A stretch of DNA of 64,000 nucleotides from NCBI GenBank assembly GCA_050115495.1, contig JASFQK010000005.1, forward strand, positions 122,531-186,530, written 5' to 3'. Positions 20,817-33,350 of the stretch are shown here, piece by piece (the stretch's first letter is position 1; every line of letters begins with the position of its first letter). The translations under genes were made by a program, and so were the position numbers. Source of the DNA: Phycisphaerae bacterium (GTDB lineage Bacteria; Planctomycetota; Phycisphaerae; UBA1845; Fen-1342). The notes beneath the pieces were generated by a model. That model was not told the origin of the DNA and ran no database searches. It worked only from the letters and a program-made list of their open reading frames with translations.

Positions 20817-20848
20817 AGTATATCAACGGCACCTGTAGTTTCAACTAC
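20817..20848 (-). promoter_or_regulatory. sigma70-like promoter with overlapping palindromic operator
   Basis: Minus strand TTGAAA-N16-TATACT with extended TGn; GTAGTT-tc-AACTAC palindrome (20835-20848) overlaps the -35 box. Confidence 0.55.
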
Positions 20849-20899
20849 GTTCCCCGGCGATTCACCCGAATTTCAAACCAATTTGCCGACGGTCCGCCG

Positions 20900-23506
20900 T
20901 CAGGGCGAAGGCTCGTCCGATATCTCCGCCGCAAGCTCCCGCGCGAGCCCCGCCCACTCCGATTCCGGGTGCGCGTCGACGTAGCCCTGCAACAGCGTTC
21001 GCGCCAGTTGCCCCTGTCCGTCCACCAGGCACAGCGTCCCCTGCACAATCGCCGACTCCGCCGGCAGCTTGTCTTGCTCGCCGAGCTTTCGCAACACGAC
21101 CATCGCCCGCTCGAACGCCCGCGCGTCTCGTAGCGGCTCGCCTCGCCGTGCCCGGCGCACCCAGCCGACCGCGCCGGCGACGTCCCCCGCGCGCAGCGCG
21201 CGCAACGCCTGACTCAGACAGCCGAAGGCATTGTCCGGATCATTCTCCAGCAGCTCGTCGATCCACGCCGGCGCATCCTCTTCGCCGGCGCACGTGATCG
21301 CCCACACGCGGAACGAGCGGAGTTCCCGGCTGTCCGGACGCAGGCGCACGGCGTTGTCCCAGGCACGGGCCGCCGCCTCCCACTCGCCGAACTGCGTGCA
21401 CAACGTCTGAAAGCCGCGCAGCGCCTCGTAGTACCAGTCGTACCGCTGATACACGGCGGGAAACGTTTGGATCAGTGCCCCGTACAGGACCAGCGCATCG
21501 TCCCAATGCTCGCTGCGCAGGTGGTACTCAGCCAGCGCCAGGGCGGCCAGCGCATCGTTTGGGTTGTCGTCGAGAATCTGCGAGAGAATCGCGGCGCCGC
21601 GCCCGCCCTCGCCCACGCGGATCTCGCACAACGCCAGGCCGATGAAGGCCAATGGTGGTGCGTGGCCGGTCGCCACCGCCGCCTGGAACTTCGGCCAAGC
21701 TAGGTCCGGCCGCTTCATGTCGAACAGGTAGAGATAGCCGAAATCACAGAAGTGCGTCGCCTGCGTCAGCGGATCCTTCGGCAGCAGCTCTTCACAACGC
21801 GTGTAGGCCGCTACGGCGCCGTCCCAACGTTGCAGCCCGTGATACGCGTGCGCCAGACGCACCCACGTCAGGAATGCGTCCGGCTGCAACTCGCGGGCCA
21901 GCTCCGCCTGTTCCAGTGACGCGGCGAAGTCATGCGCATTCTTGAACATGAACGACAGCCGCCGGTGAAACGGGGCCCGGTCCGCCGGCCCGGGGAAGTA
22001 GTGGGCCAGGTCTTTCGCGCCGGCCGCCGCCCGTAGCGACTTCAGGCAACGCTCGTTGAAGTAGTTGTACTGGTTCCCGCCGGCGGGAATGCTCGCCACG
22101 TCGTCGGTCGGCAGGCGATGGTCCTTGGCGAACGAGTAGGACACCGCCTCGGCTTCCAGCGCCCGCGGGTCGCCGGGGTTCAGCCGGGCCACCTGCTCGC
22201 CGCGCTGCACCGTGCTACGGTAGAGGGATACTTGGGAGAGGTTGGCGACCATCAGCGCCGCCCCGACCAGCGCCGCCAACGCGAGGACCGGCCGCACCGC
22301 CAGCGCCTGCGCCGCCGGGGCCAACCGGGCCAGCCCACGCAGCACGATGACGCCCGCCACGAGCGCGGCGCCCATCAGCGGTTGGTACAGGTAGCGATCA
22401 GTCGCCGCCGCCTCGCGGGCACCCACCACGCCGATCAGCGGCAGCAGCAGCGCCCACCACCACGCCCAGCCGATGGTGACGATCCGCAACCCAGTCCGCT
22501 GCCAGGACCACCAGGCATGTGCCACTGTCGCCAGGCCGAGCGCCAGGCCCACCCACACCTGCCAGAACCCCCACCCGGTCCGCGGGTCGGGGAGCTGCCA
22601 CCATGACACCCACCACGGACAAACGATGTCGCGGAAGTAGATCCACACGGCCAGCGCACTGCGGGCGATCGGATCGCCGAACAGCCCCTCCGCCGCATCC
22701 TGTACCAATCCCGCCCGCTGGCTCGTCCAGTACGTCACGATGGCGAAGGCGACACACACGATGCCGACCGCGTACACCCGCGGCCCGCGCCAGACGCTGC
22801 GCCAACCGCACAGGCCCGCCTCGACCACGGCCGCCAGCAGCACCCAGCCCACGACCGGCTTGCAGAGCATCGCCACGACCAGCGCCACCAGCGCGACGAC
22901 AAACAGGTACGCGCGCCCCCGCTCCAGGCTGCACACGTACAACCCCAGCGCCGTCAGGGTGAACGTCGCCGACAGCAGGTGCGTTCGTCCCATGTCGGCG
23001 GCGAACGTGGTCACCAGCGCCGGGTGCAGCGCCCACAGCAGGGCCAGCGCCCACGCCAACACCAGCGCCACAGCACCGTACACCGGCCCTCGGCGCAGAA
23101 ACAGCCACAACATCCACCACAGCAGCAGCGCATTGGCCACGTGCACCAGCACGTCCGTCCGCCGCACCGCCGCCACGTCTCCCCCCGACAAACGCCAGTC
23201 CGCCGCGTACGACAGAATCGGTAGCGGCTGATAGAGGTCCTCCACGGGCGGGAAACGGAAGATCAGCGCGAGCCGAGGCAGGAGACCGTCGGGGTCGAGA
23301 CCCGCGCCGTTAACCTCGGGGTTACGGGCGATGAAGATGTACTCATCGCCGAGGATCCAGGGGGAATCGAGCCCGGGCAGCCCGCTGAGCCCCACCAGTA
23401 TGACCAGCAGGGCGGCCAGCCCCCACGGCAACCAGACAGGCGAGCGCGCTCCCGCGGGTGGCGCGGTGCTGGCAACGTCCTCGCGCTGCGGTGTATCAGC
23501 CGGCAT
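20900..23506 (-). CDS. TMTC-like membrane glycosyltransferase with C-terminal TPR repeats
   Basis: GDEYIFIARNP, LYQPL, VLVHVAN, LWALHP, AMLCKP, TDRYLYQP motifs; about 11 TM helices then TPR-like helices; ATG 23506. Confidence 0.8.
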   Translation of the reverse strand: MPADTPQREDVASTAPPAGARSPVWLPWGLAALLVILVGLSGLPGLDSPWILGDEYIFIARNPEVNGAGLDPDGLLPRLALIFRFPPVEDLYQPLPILSYAADWRLSGGDVAAVRRTDVLVHVANALLLWWMLWLFLRRGPVYGAVALVLAWALALLWALHPALVTTFAADMGRTHLLSATFTLTALGLYVCSLERGRAYLFVVALVALVVAMLCKPVVGWVLLAAVVEAGLCGWRSVWRGPRVYAVGIVCVAFAIVTYWTSQRAGLVQDAAEGLFGDPIARSALAVWIYFRDIVCPWWVSWWQLPDPRTGWGFWQVWVGLALGLATVAHAWWSWQRTGLRIVTIGWAWWWALLLPLIGVVGAREAAATDRYLYQPLMGAALVAGVIVLRGLARLAPAAQALAVRPVLALAALVGAALMVANLSQVSLYRSTVQRGEQVARLNPGDPRALEAEAVSYSFAKDHRLPTDDVASIPAGGNQYNYFNERCLKSLRAAAGAKDLAHYFPGPADRAPFHRRLSFMFKNAHDFAASLEQAELARELQPDAFLTWVRLAHAYHGLQRWDGAVAAYTRCEELLPKDPLTQATHFCDFGYLYLFDMKRPDLAWPKFQAAVATGHAPPLAFIGLALCEIRVGEGGRGAAILSQILDDNPNDALAALALAEYHLRSEHWDDALVLYGALIQTFPAVYQRYDWYYEALRGFQTLCTQFGEWEAAARAWDNAVRLRPDSRELRSFRVWAITCAGEEDAPAWIDELLENDPDNAFGCLSQALRALRAGDVAGAVGWVRRARRGEPLRDARAFERAMVVLRKLGEQDKLPAESAIVQGTLCLVDGQGQLARTLLQGYVDAHPESEWAGLARELAAEISDEPSP

Positions 23507-23640
23507 GCGTGCTTTATCGCCGGCCGGCCGCCGGGCTGCAAGAGAGCCACGCGCGCAACCTTCTCGCCGACGCACCGGCCCCGCGTGCGGCGACCGGCGC
23601 GCAACGCGTTATCGAGAAAACGCTTACCAGACGTTAACGC

Positions 23641-23669
23641 TTGAGTCCCTCCCCGGCGCAGGTTAGAAT
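23641..23669 (+). promoter_or_regulatory. sigma70-like promoter upstream of the HNH gene
   Basis: TTGAGT-N17-TAGAAT. Confidence 0.45.
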
Positions 23670-23701
23670 CGCATAGAACATCGTCTAGCAAGGAGCGCGT
23701 C

Positions 23702-24331
23702 TTGCAAGCGCAACCGGCCGTACTATCTACGAACGTGCTGTTGCTCAACCGCCTCTACCTGGCGGTGCGGGTCATCAGCGCGCGCCGGGCGCTCACCTTG
23801 CTCTACAGCGAACTGGCCGAGGTCGTGCACGTCGAAGACGGCCAATTCCTCGCGTATGACTTCGATTCCTGGGTGGAGGTCAGCGAGGCCAAGCGTCGCT
23901 TCGAGCCGGAGCAGCATGACTGGATCCGCACGGTCCGCTTTCACATCGCCGTGCCCAAGATCATTCGGCTCCTCGTGTACGATCGCCTGCCGCGAACGTC
24001 CGTGAAGCTCAACCGCCGCAACCTCTTCGCCCGCGACCAGTGCCACTGCCAGTACTGCGGCCAGCGCTTCCCCACGTCCGAACTCAGCCTCGACCACGTG
24101 ATCCCCCGCTCGCAGGGCGGCGTGAACTCGTGGGAGAACATCGTCTGCGCCTGCGTCCGCTGCAATGTGAAGAAGGGCGGCCGCACGCCCGCTCAGGCCG
24201 GCATGCGCCTGATCACCCCCCCCCGGCGGCCACGCCGGTCCCCCGTCCTCACCATCAAGCTGTCCGACTCCCGCTACGCCAGTTGGCGCCAGTTCCTCGA
24301 CTTCGCTTACTGGGACGTCGAACTCAAGTAA
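23702..24331 (+). CDS. HNH endonuclease (McrA-like, standalone)
   Basis: RDQCHCQYCG, LSLDHVIPRSQGG, WENIVCACVRCNVKKG. Confidence 0.92.
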   Translation: MQAQPAVLSTNVLLLNRLYLAVRVISARRALTLLYSELAEVVHVEDGQFLAYDFDSWVEVSEAKRRFEPEQHDWIRTVRFHIAVPKIIRLLVYDRLPRTSVKLNRRNLFARDQCHCQYCGQRFPTSELSLDHVIPRSQGGVNSWENIVCACVRCNVKKGGRTPAQAGMRLITPPRRPRRSPVLTIKLSDSRYASWRQFLDFAYWDVELK

Positions 24332-24337
24332 GTCCGG

Positions 24338-24374
24338 TTGACAGCCTAAAGTCGCGCAGTTTATCGTCCGATAT
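24338..24374 (+). promoter_or_regulatory. sigma28 (FliA/SigD)-like promoter, overlapping a sigma70-like one
   Basis: TAAA(24347)-N16-TCCGATAT(24367-24374); also TTGACA(24338)-N18-TATCGT. Confidence 0.5.
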
Positions 24375-24430
24375 CACGAGCGTTGTTGACGCAATGGTGG
24401 GGTGAGGCCACGAGCCGCAGGATTGGGATT

Positions 24431-24769
24431 ATGCCATTCGAGCACTGGTCAGAATCAGTACTGCTTGCCGAGTTGGCGGACGACCCGCAGTTCACCGACG
24501 ACTTGACCGCGATCATCGAGCAATGCAGCGAGAATACCCGTCTCGACGTCTTGCTCAACTTCGCCGCCGTGAACTACCTCAACTCGTCGAATATCGCCAA
24601 GCTCCTCAAGCTGCGCAAGTTGGTCACCGTGACCAACCAGCGCAAGCTCAAGCTCTGCGGCATCAGCACGCAGGTGTGGGGCGTGTTCCTCGTTACCGGA
24701 CTCGACCACATCTTCGATTTCGTCGACGACGTGCCCAGCGGCCTGGCCACGCTCCAGATCGAGCGGTAG
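24431..24769 (+). CDS. STAS domain protein (anti-sigma factor antagonist)
   Basis: LLNFAAVNYLNSSNIAKLL, LKLCGI, VFLVTGLDHIF; ATG 24431. Confidence 0.88.
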   Translation: MPFEHWSESVLLAELADDPQFTDDLTAIIEQCSENTRLDVLLNFAAVNYLNSSNIAKLLKLRKLVTVTNQRKLKLCGISTQVWGVFLVTGLDHIFDFVDDVPSGLATLQIER

Positions 24770-24778
24770 GCCGGCCAC

Positions 24779-25159
24779 CTACGCCCCCAGCTCCTCCGGC
24801 GTCTCTCCGACATCGAGGATGCTGCACGCCAGGATTGGCTCCAATCCAAGCTCCTGGGCGCGGGTCACGAGTTCCTCACTCTCCGCCCCCGGATTGACGA
24901 ACAGCTCCGCCGGTCGCAGTTTGGCCAGCACCGGCAGCAGCTTCAACCCCACCGGCGGCGGGACGTACAGCGAAACCCGGTCCAGCGGCACGGGGATCTC
25001 TTCGAGTGACCGCCAGACCTTCAGCCCCTCCACCTCGCCGCCGCGCGGATTGACCGGGTAGACAGTCCAACCCTGGCGTACGTGCGCCCTCACGGACCTG
25101 TTTCCGTACTTGGCCCGGTCCGCCGAAGCGCCGACGATGGCCACGGTCTTCTGGTGCAT
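24779..25159 (-). CDS. CoA-binding protein (YccU-like)
   Basis: VAIVGASADRAKYG, VYPVNP, NPGAES; ATG 25159 coupled to the upstream TGA. Confidence 0.88.
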   Translation of the reverse strand: MHQKTVAIVGASADRAKYGNRSVRAHVRQGWTVYPVNPRGGEVEGLKVWRSLEEIPVPLDRVSLYVPPPVGLKLLPVLAKLRPAELFVNPGAESEELVTRAQELGLEPILACSILDVGETPEELGA

Positions 25160-25506
25160 CACGATTCTCCGTTTCCCCTGGGCGGAGGAGCGTCGCTCTC
25201 CGTGTACCGCGGGGACACCGCTGTGTAGGGCCTTCCCAGCAGCCGCTTCACGAGGATCCACTCCCCGACGTCGTTGCCCTCAATCCAATGTCCGATAATT
25301 TGCAGGATATAACCAACGAGAACGAGTCCGGCCGGTCGCCACCAGAGAGCCCACCGCCACTGGCAGAGCTGCACGACCGCCAGCAGCACTCCGCCGACGG
25401 CCAGCGGAATCCCTACCAGATGCAAATAGAATGAGACAGGGTGTTGATGGCGTTCGAGCCAGTTCCGCAACCAGACGGGCCGCCCACGTTCCACGATCGG
25501 GATCAT
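25159..25506 (-). CDS. DUF962/Mpo1-like small membrane protein
   Basis: RHQHPVSFYLHLVGIP and GYILQIIGHWIEGN His motifs in the C-terminal part of ORF 25159..26235. Confidence 0.8.
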   Translation of the reverse strand: MIPIVERGRPVWLRNWLERHQHPVSFYLHLVGIPLAVGGVLLAVVQLCQWRWALWWRPAGLVLVGYILQIIGHWIEGNDVGEWILVKRLLGRPYTAVSPRYTESDAPPPRGNGES

Positions 25507-25596
25507 AACCGTCGTCGCTCGGGCGGCAAGACACGCCCCCAGCGGTCGCGGTTCCAGCAATTGTCGCCATCGTCCGATAGAGTATGCACGGAGACC

Positions 25597-26238
25597 ATGA
25601 TGATTGTGACCCTCGACGGACAACGGCTCGAGACACCCTTCGAACCCGGCTGCACGCTCGGTACGGTCGTCGACCAGGTGCGCGACGAGCACCTCGGTGA
25701 TCGCCTTGTCGTGGGTGTGGCACTCAATGGCCAGACGATGGTCCACGATGATCTCGAGATCAATCTGGATCGGGCCCTCAAAGGCGACGACCAGGTCGAC
25801 CTCGAGTCCGCGGACCGCAACGCCGTCGCCGTGGATGCCCTGCGGGCGATCAGCGAGCAGCTCGGCAGCGCGGCTCGCCTGCAACCGCTCGTCGCCGACC
25901 AGCTCGTCGGCCCGGGCGCTGGCGAGGCTATTCGCCAGGTCGGCGATGTCGTCGAGGTCTGGAACACTTGCACACAGGCGATCGCCCAGTGCAGTGGTCT
26001 GCTCGGCCGCGACCTGACACAGGTCGTTTATCAGGACCGGCCCATGCGCGAGCGGCTGGACGACCTCCTGACGAAGTTGCAGGAATTGCGAACCGCGCTC
26101 GAGGCCCGGGACTACGTTCTGCTCGCCGACTTGCTCCACTACGAGATGCCGGAAACCTGCCAGGCTTGGCAGGGTCTCCTCGCCGAGCTCGCCGCCGACA
26201 TCCAGCGGTCCGCGCAAGCCGCCGGCTCGGGGCACTGA
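25597..26238 (+). CDS. Hypothetical protein (ubiquitin-like N-terminus, helical C-terminus with DYVLLADLLHYE)
   Basis: ATG 25597 after GGAG; coding-like codon usage; preceded by a sigma28-like -10 (TCCGATAG). Confidence 0.7.
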   Translation: MMIVTLDGQRLETPFEPGCTLGTVVDQVRDEHLGDRLVVGVALNGQTMVHDDLEINLDRALKGDDQVDLESADRNAVAVDALRAISEQLGSAARLQPLVADQLVGPGAGEAIRQVGDVVEVWNTCTQAIAQCSGLLGRDLTQVVYQDRPMRERLDDLLTKLQELRTALEARDYVLLADLLHYEMPETCQAWQGLLAELAADIQRSAQAAGSGH

Positions 26239-26465
26239 TTTAGAGCGCGTCTCGCCTTCGCCGTCCGAGAACCCCTCCGCAACCGCACTTCAGATGTGTG
26301 CGTGCCGTAATCCGGCATGTCCACGCGCGCTTCAGATTTCTGGAATTTCGGGGTGACGAACGTCGGATGGCCGGGGGTCCCGCCGGCTTGACCTCGCCCT
26401 GTTTTACGTCCGAATAACTGACCGAAACCGGTTCGTGGGGCGGAAATGGCCGGTTGATTCTTCTC

Positions 26466-26495
26466 TTGACCCTGTACAGGCAGATGGAGTATATT
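26466..26495 (+). promoter_or_regulatory. sigma70-like promoter with a palindrome in the spacer
   Basis: TTGACC-N18-TATATT; perfect palindrome CCTGTACAGG at 26471-26480. Confidence 0.45.
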
Positions 26496-27059
26496 CGCAC
26501 GTGGGGATGGAGGTAGAGGCGGCAGGAGGCTGAAGCTGGGGATCTCTTGCCTCTGGCTCTGCAGGACGGCGTAGCAGTGTAGGGAGACCGCTGCGTTCCT
26601 GCTCACCCGTTGCGGCGGGTGTCCCGGGTAGAGGTCGCGCGAGCGGCTGAACGAAGGGAAGGAGCATGGGTAGTATGGAGGAGTGTTGTGGTCACAGGCG
26701 CGCATTGCGCGCCGTCGGTTCTTCCGGTGCGCCAGGATTGCCTGGTCGCCGACACTTCCTCCGCGAGTCCTTTCTGCGATACGACAAGTCAGATTTTCTC
26801 GGTCTGTTCCAGGGAGTTGCCCGGCGCGTCGTCACAGCGTGGTCGCGGGCATCGGTTAATTTGCGTGTGCGTGAGACCGCCCGCCGGTATGGGTGCAACG
26901 GCAGACGGCTTTCACGTACCTGAATCTTCTGGCATTCGAGAAGGGAGGTTAGGAAAAAGGTCCAGTTTGGCTTCCAGGTCCCAGAGTCTTCTTAACTAGG
27001 TCTGGCCCTTGCCTGATGTGAGGGCCGAGAAGCAACCTGCAATGGAGGAGGTCACAAGA

Positions 27060-31079
<4,020 letters not shown>

Positions 31080-31096
31080 GTGACTGACGTGGCGTC

Positions 31097-31129
31097 GGGA
31101 ACCCGCCGGTCCTCCGCCGGCGGGTTCCC
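31097..31129 (+). other. Perfect 13-bp intergenic stem-loop without U-tract
   Basis: GGGAACCCGCCGG-tcctccg-CCGGCGGGTTCCC, 17 bp after the stop of the large protein. Confidence 0.8.
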
Positions 31130-31224
31130 CCGCCCGCCTTGCACAGAGGACTTTTCGAGAAAGCGCATTACCACGATGTAGTGCTGTAGCTGATAACCCT
31201 TTCCAAGTGGAGGAGGATTAAGGA

Positions 31225-31770
31225 ATGTCGAAACTCTGTAGACTGGCTTGTGTGATTCTCGCGGCAGGCCTCGTGGCCAGCGCGAGTGCCGCCATCGACG
31301 TCAGCTTCGTGCCGGCGAGCACGGAAATCACCACCCTGGGTGGTACGGCTGCCGTGGACATCTACGCGGACATCCCCGAGGCCGAGGCCATTGTCGGCTG
31401 GGGCCTGGATGTTCTCATCGACAACACCGGCATCGCCGACATGACCGGCGTGGCCATTGGTCCGCTCTTTGACGCGGCGCTCCAGAACCCCGACGGCGAC
31501 GGCCTCGCCGGCCTCGTGCCGATGGCCGGGAACGTCTGGGGCACGGACATCCTGCTGGCCACCGTCACGTTCACCGGTTATAGCGCTGGCACGACCGGCA
31601 CCGGTCTCGGCGACACCATCGGCGACAACACCGAAGGTTTCGCGATCGATCCGGACCTCGGTGGTGGCTTTGCGACCGCCGTGTACGGCACCGGTTCCAT
31701 CACCGTCATTCCCGAGCCGATGACTCTGTCGCTGCTCGGTCTGGCGCTGCTCGCGATCCGTCGCCGCTAG
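31225..31770 (+). CDS. Cohesin-like domain protein with PEP-CTERM sorting signal
   Basis: GGAGGAGG RBS; signal peptide ending ASA; C-terminal IPEPMTLSLLGLALLAIRRR; beta-sandwich pattern VSFVPAS..GGTAAVDIYAD..IVGWGLDVLID..LATVTFTG..GSITV. Confidence 0.85.
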   Translation: MSKLCRLACVILAAGLVASASAAIDVSFVPASTEITTLGGTAAVDIYADIPEAEAIVGWGLDVLIDNTGIADMTGVAIGPLFDAALQNPDGDGLAGLVPMAGNVWGTDILLATVTFTGYSAGTTGTGLGDTIGDNTEGFAIDPDLGGGFATAVYGTGSITVIPEPMTLSLLGLALLAIRRR

Positions 31771-31806
31771 GCGAGAATCGTAGTCTCAGACATGATCCTT
31801 AACCGG

Positions 31807-31846
31807 AGAGGGTCGTCTTCCTGCGGGAAGGCGGCCCTCTTCGTTT
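31807..31846 (+). terminator. Intrinsic terminator after the PEP-CTERM gene
   Basis: AGAGGGTCGTCTTCC-tgcg-GGAAGGCGGCCCTCT followed by TCGTTT. Confidence 0.75.
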
Positions 31847-31889
31847 GTCCCCCACGTCTGCCGGGCGTGACGCCCGATCTGCGGTCCCC

Positions 31890-32594
31890 CTACATCTCCT
31901 GCTCCGGCGCCGGCAGACGCCGCTTCAACTCCGCCACCGCCTCGCGCAGCTCAGCCATCTCGGCGTGCAGGTCGTCAAGCTGCCGCTGGAACCCCTCGCC
32001 CCCCAGCCGTTCCTCCGCCTCGTCGTCCGCCGCTGGTGCCGACGCTGCGGGCGCCGGCGCTGCCACTGGCGTTGCCGTCGCCGCCGGCTGTTCGGCGACC
32101 GGGCACAGCAGGTGGGCATAGCGGGTGGCCGACTGCCCGGGGGCGGGCGCCACCACGGTCACCATCGGCGGGTCGGACTGCGCCAGGCTGTCGAGCACGG
32201 CGCTGACCGCGGCGGGGTTCTCGAACGGGTACATCCGCGCGGCGTGTGAGCGCAGCTCGCCGACCGTCTGCGGCCCGCGCAGCAGCAGCTCGGCCATGAC
32301 GGCCCGCTGCGGCTTCTCCCAGGCGAGGACCTGCTTCACCTCGTGCCGGAAGCGGTCGACCCGGCTGCCGCCGCCGGGCAGGAGCCGTGAGACGAGCCCC
32401 ATCTGCTTGAGGGCGTCGAGGGCAGCCCAGACACGGTCTTCGTTAAGGTCCATGACCGGCTGGCGGTTGGACTTCTGGTTGCACGCCGTCACGACGGCGT
32501 TGAGCGTCATCGGGTAGTAGCTGGGTTGGGCGAGTGATTTCTCGAGCAGCACCCCGAGCACGCGCCGCTCGACCTCATGTAGCACGGTGGACAC
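31890..32594 (-). CDS. DUF480 (YceH) family protein
   Basis: ERRVLGVLLEK, YPMTLNAVVTACNQKSNRQPVM, LLLRGPQTVGELR, YAHLL. Confidence 0.9.
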   Translation of the reverse strand: MSTVLHEVERRVLGVLLEKSLAQPSYYPMTLNAVVTACNQKSNRQPVMDLNEDRVWAALDALKQMGLVSRLLPGGGSRVDRFRHEVKQVLAWEKPQRAVMAELLLRGPQTVGELRSHAARMYPFENPAAVSAVLDSLAQSDPPMVTVVAPAPGQSATRYAHLLCPVAEQPAATATPVAAPAPAASAPAADDEAEERLGGEGFQRQLDDLHAEMAELREAVAELKRRLPAPEQEM

Positions 32595-32651
32595 GGATCA
32601 GGACCCTCCGCTACGGAACCGGTCAACGCCGGCGCCGACCGCGACTCTCCG

Positions 32652-32861
32652 TCAGGGACCGTCGCCCGTCACCCCGTTGTCAGCTTCGTTCTGGGCGAGC
32701 GTGTCTTCGAGCCGGTCCACAACGATCGGCGTCAGCGCACTGAAGAAGCCGTCGATCAGGGCGTCTTCGGTGAGCTGCACGCAGGGGCCGGTGCCCAGCA
32801 GCGGCATCGCGAGCGCCGCGGCTAGGGCGACACGCAACAGGCGGGACGGGTTTCGTCGCAT
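32652..32861 (-). CDS. Small hypothetical secreted protein (69 aa)
   Basis: GAGG RBS before ATG 32861; MRRNPSRLLRVALAAALAMPLLGTGPC is signal-like; acidic tail. Confidence 0.6.
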   Translation of the reverse strand: MRRNPSRLLRVALAAALAMPLLGTGPCVQLTEDALIDGFFSALTPIVVDRLEDTLAQNEADNGVTGDGP

Positions 32862-33060
32862 GATATACCTCTTCGCCGGCCAGCGGGACCGAAACCGGAT
32901 CGCGCCGCCGGCGGCGGACATTCTACCTCGCCCGTGTCCACGGCGCAATGGCTCGCTGAGCGGTGTGGTCGCGGGCGGACCCCGTCGGCGGCCAGAAGTC
33001 GTTGCGACCGCCCCGCCCGGGGGTTACGCTGATGTCCGGCCGCGCGTCGCGCTGGCCACC

Positions 33061-33134
<74 letters not shown>

Positions 33135-33350
33135 TTCGACACGTCTCTCTCGCGCCGCCGCGTGAAGGAATGCCCGACTTGGTCCGGGCCGTGTACGATA
33201 CCAACAAGTGAGGTCTCGGTGTTGGCTCTTCATTGAGCCGGCCGCGGGCCGAATGGCCGCCGGACCTCTTGATTGTGCGCTGGCGGGGACGGAGGGGGCG
33301 GTCTTTGGACGACATCGATGAAGATCAGCATGCGCTCCTCCCCAATGTGT

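Noticed and set aside
23702..24331. HNH gene as a restriction, defence or homing system
   Set aside because: No methylase, ATPase, intron or mobile context; host-like codon usage.
26239..27059. sigma54 (PrsR-type) promoter or known riboswitch upstream of the PEP-CTERM operon
   Set aside because: No correctly spaced TGGC-N7-TTGC and no recognisable aptamer consensus found by eye.
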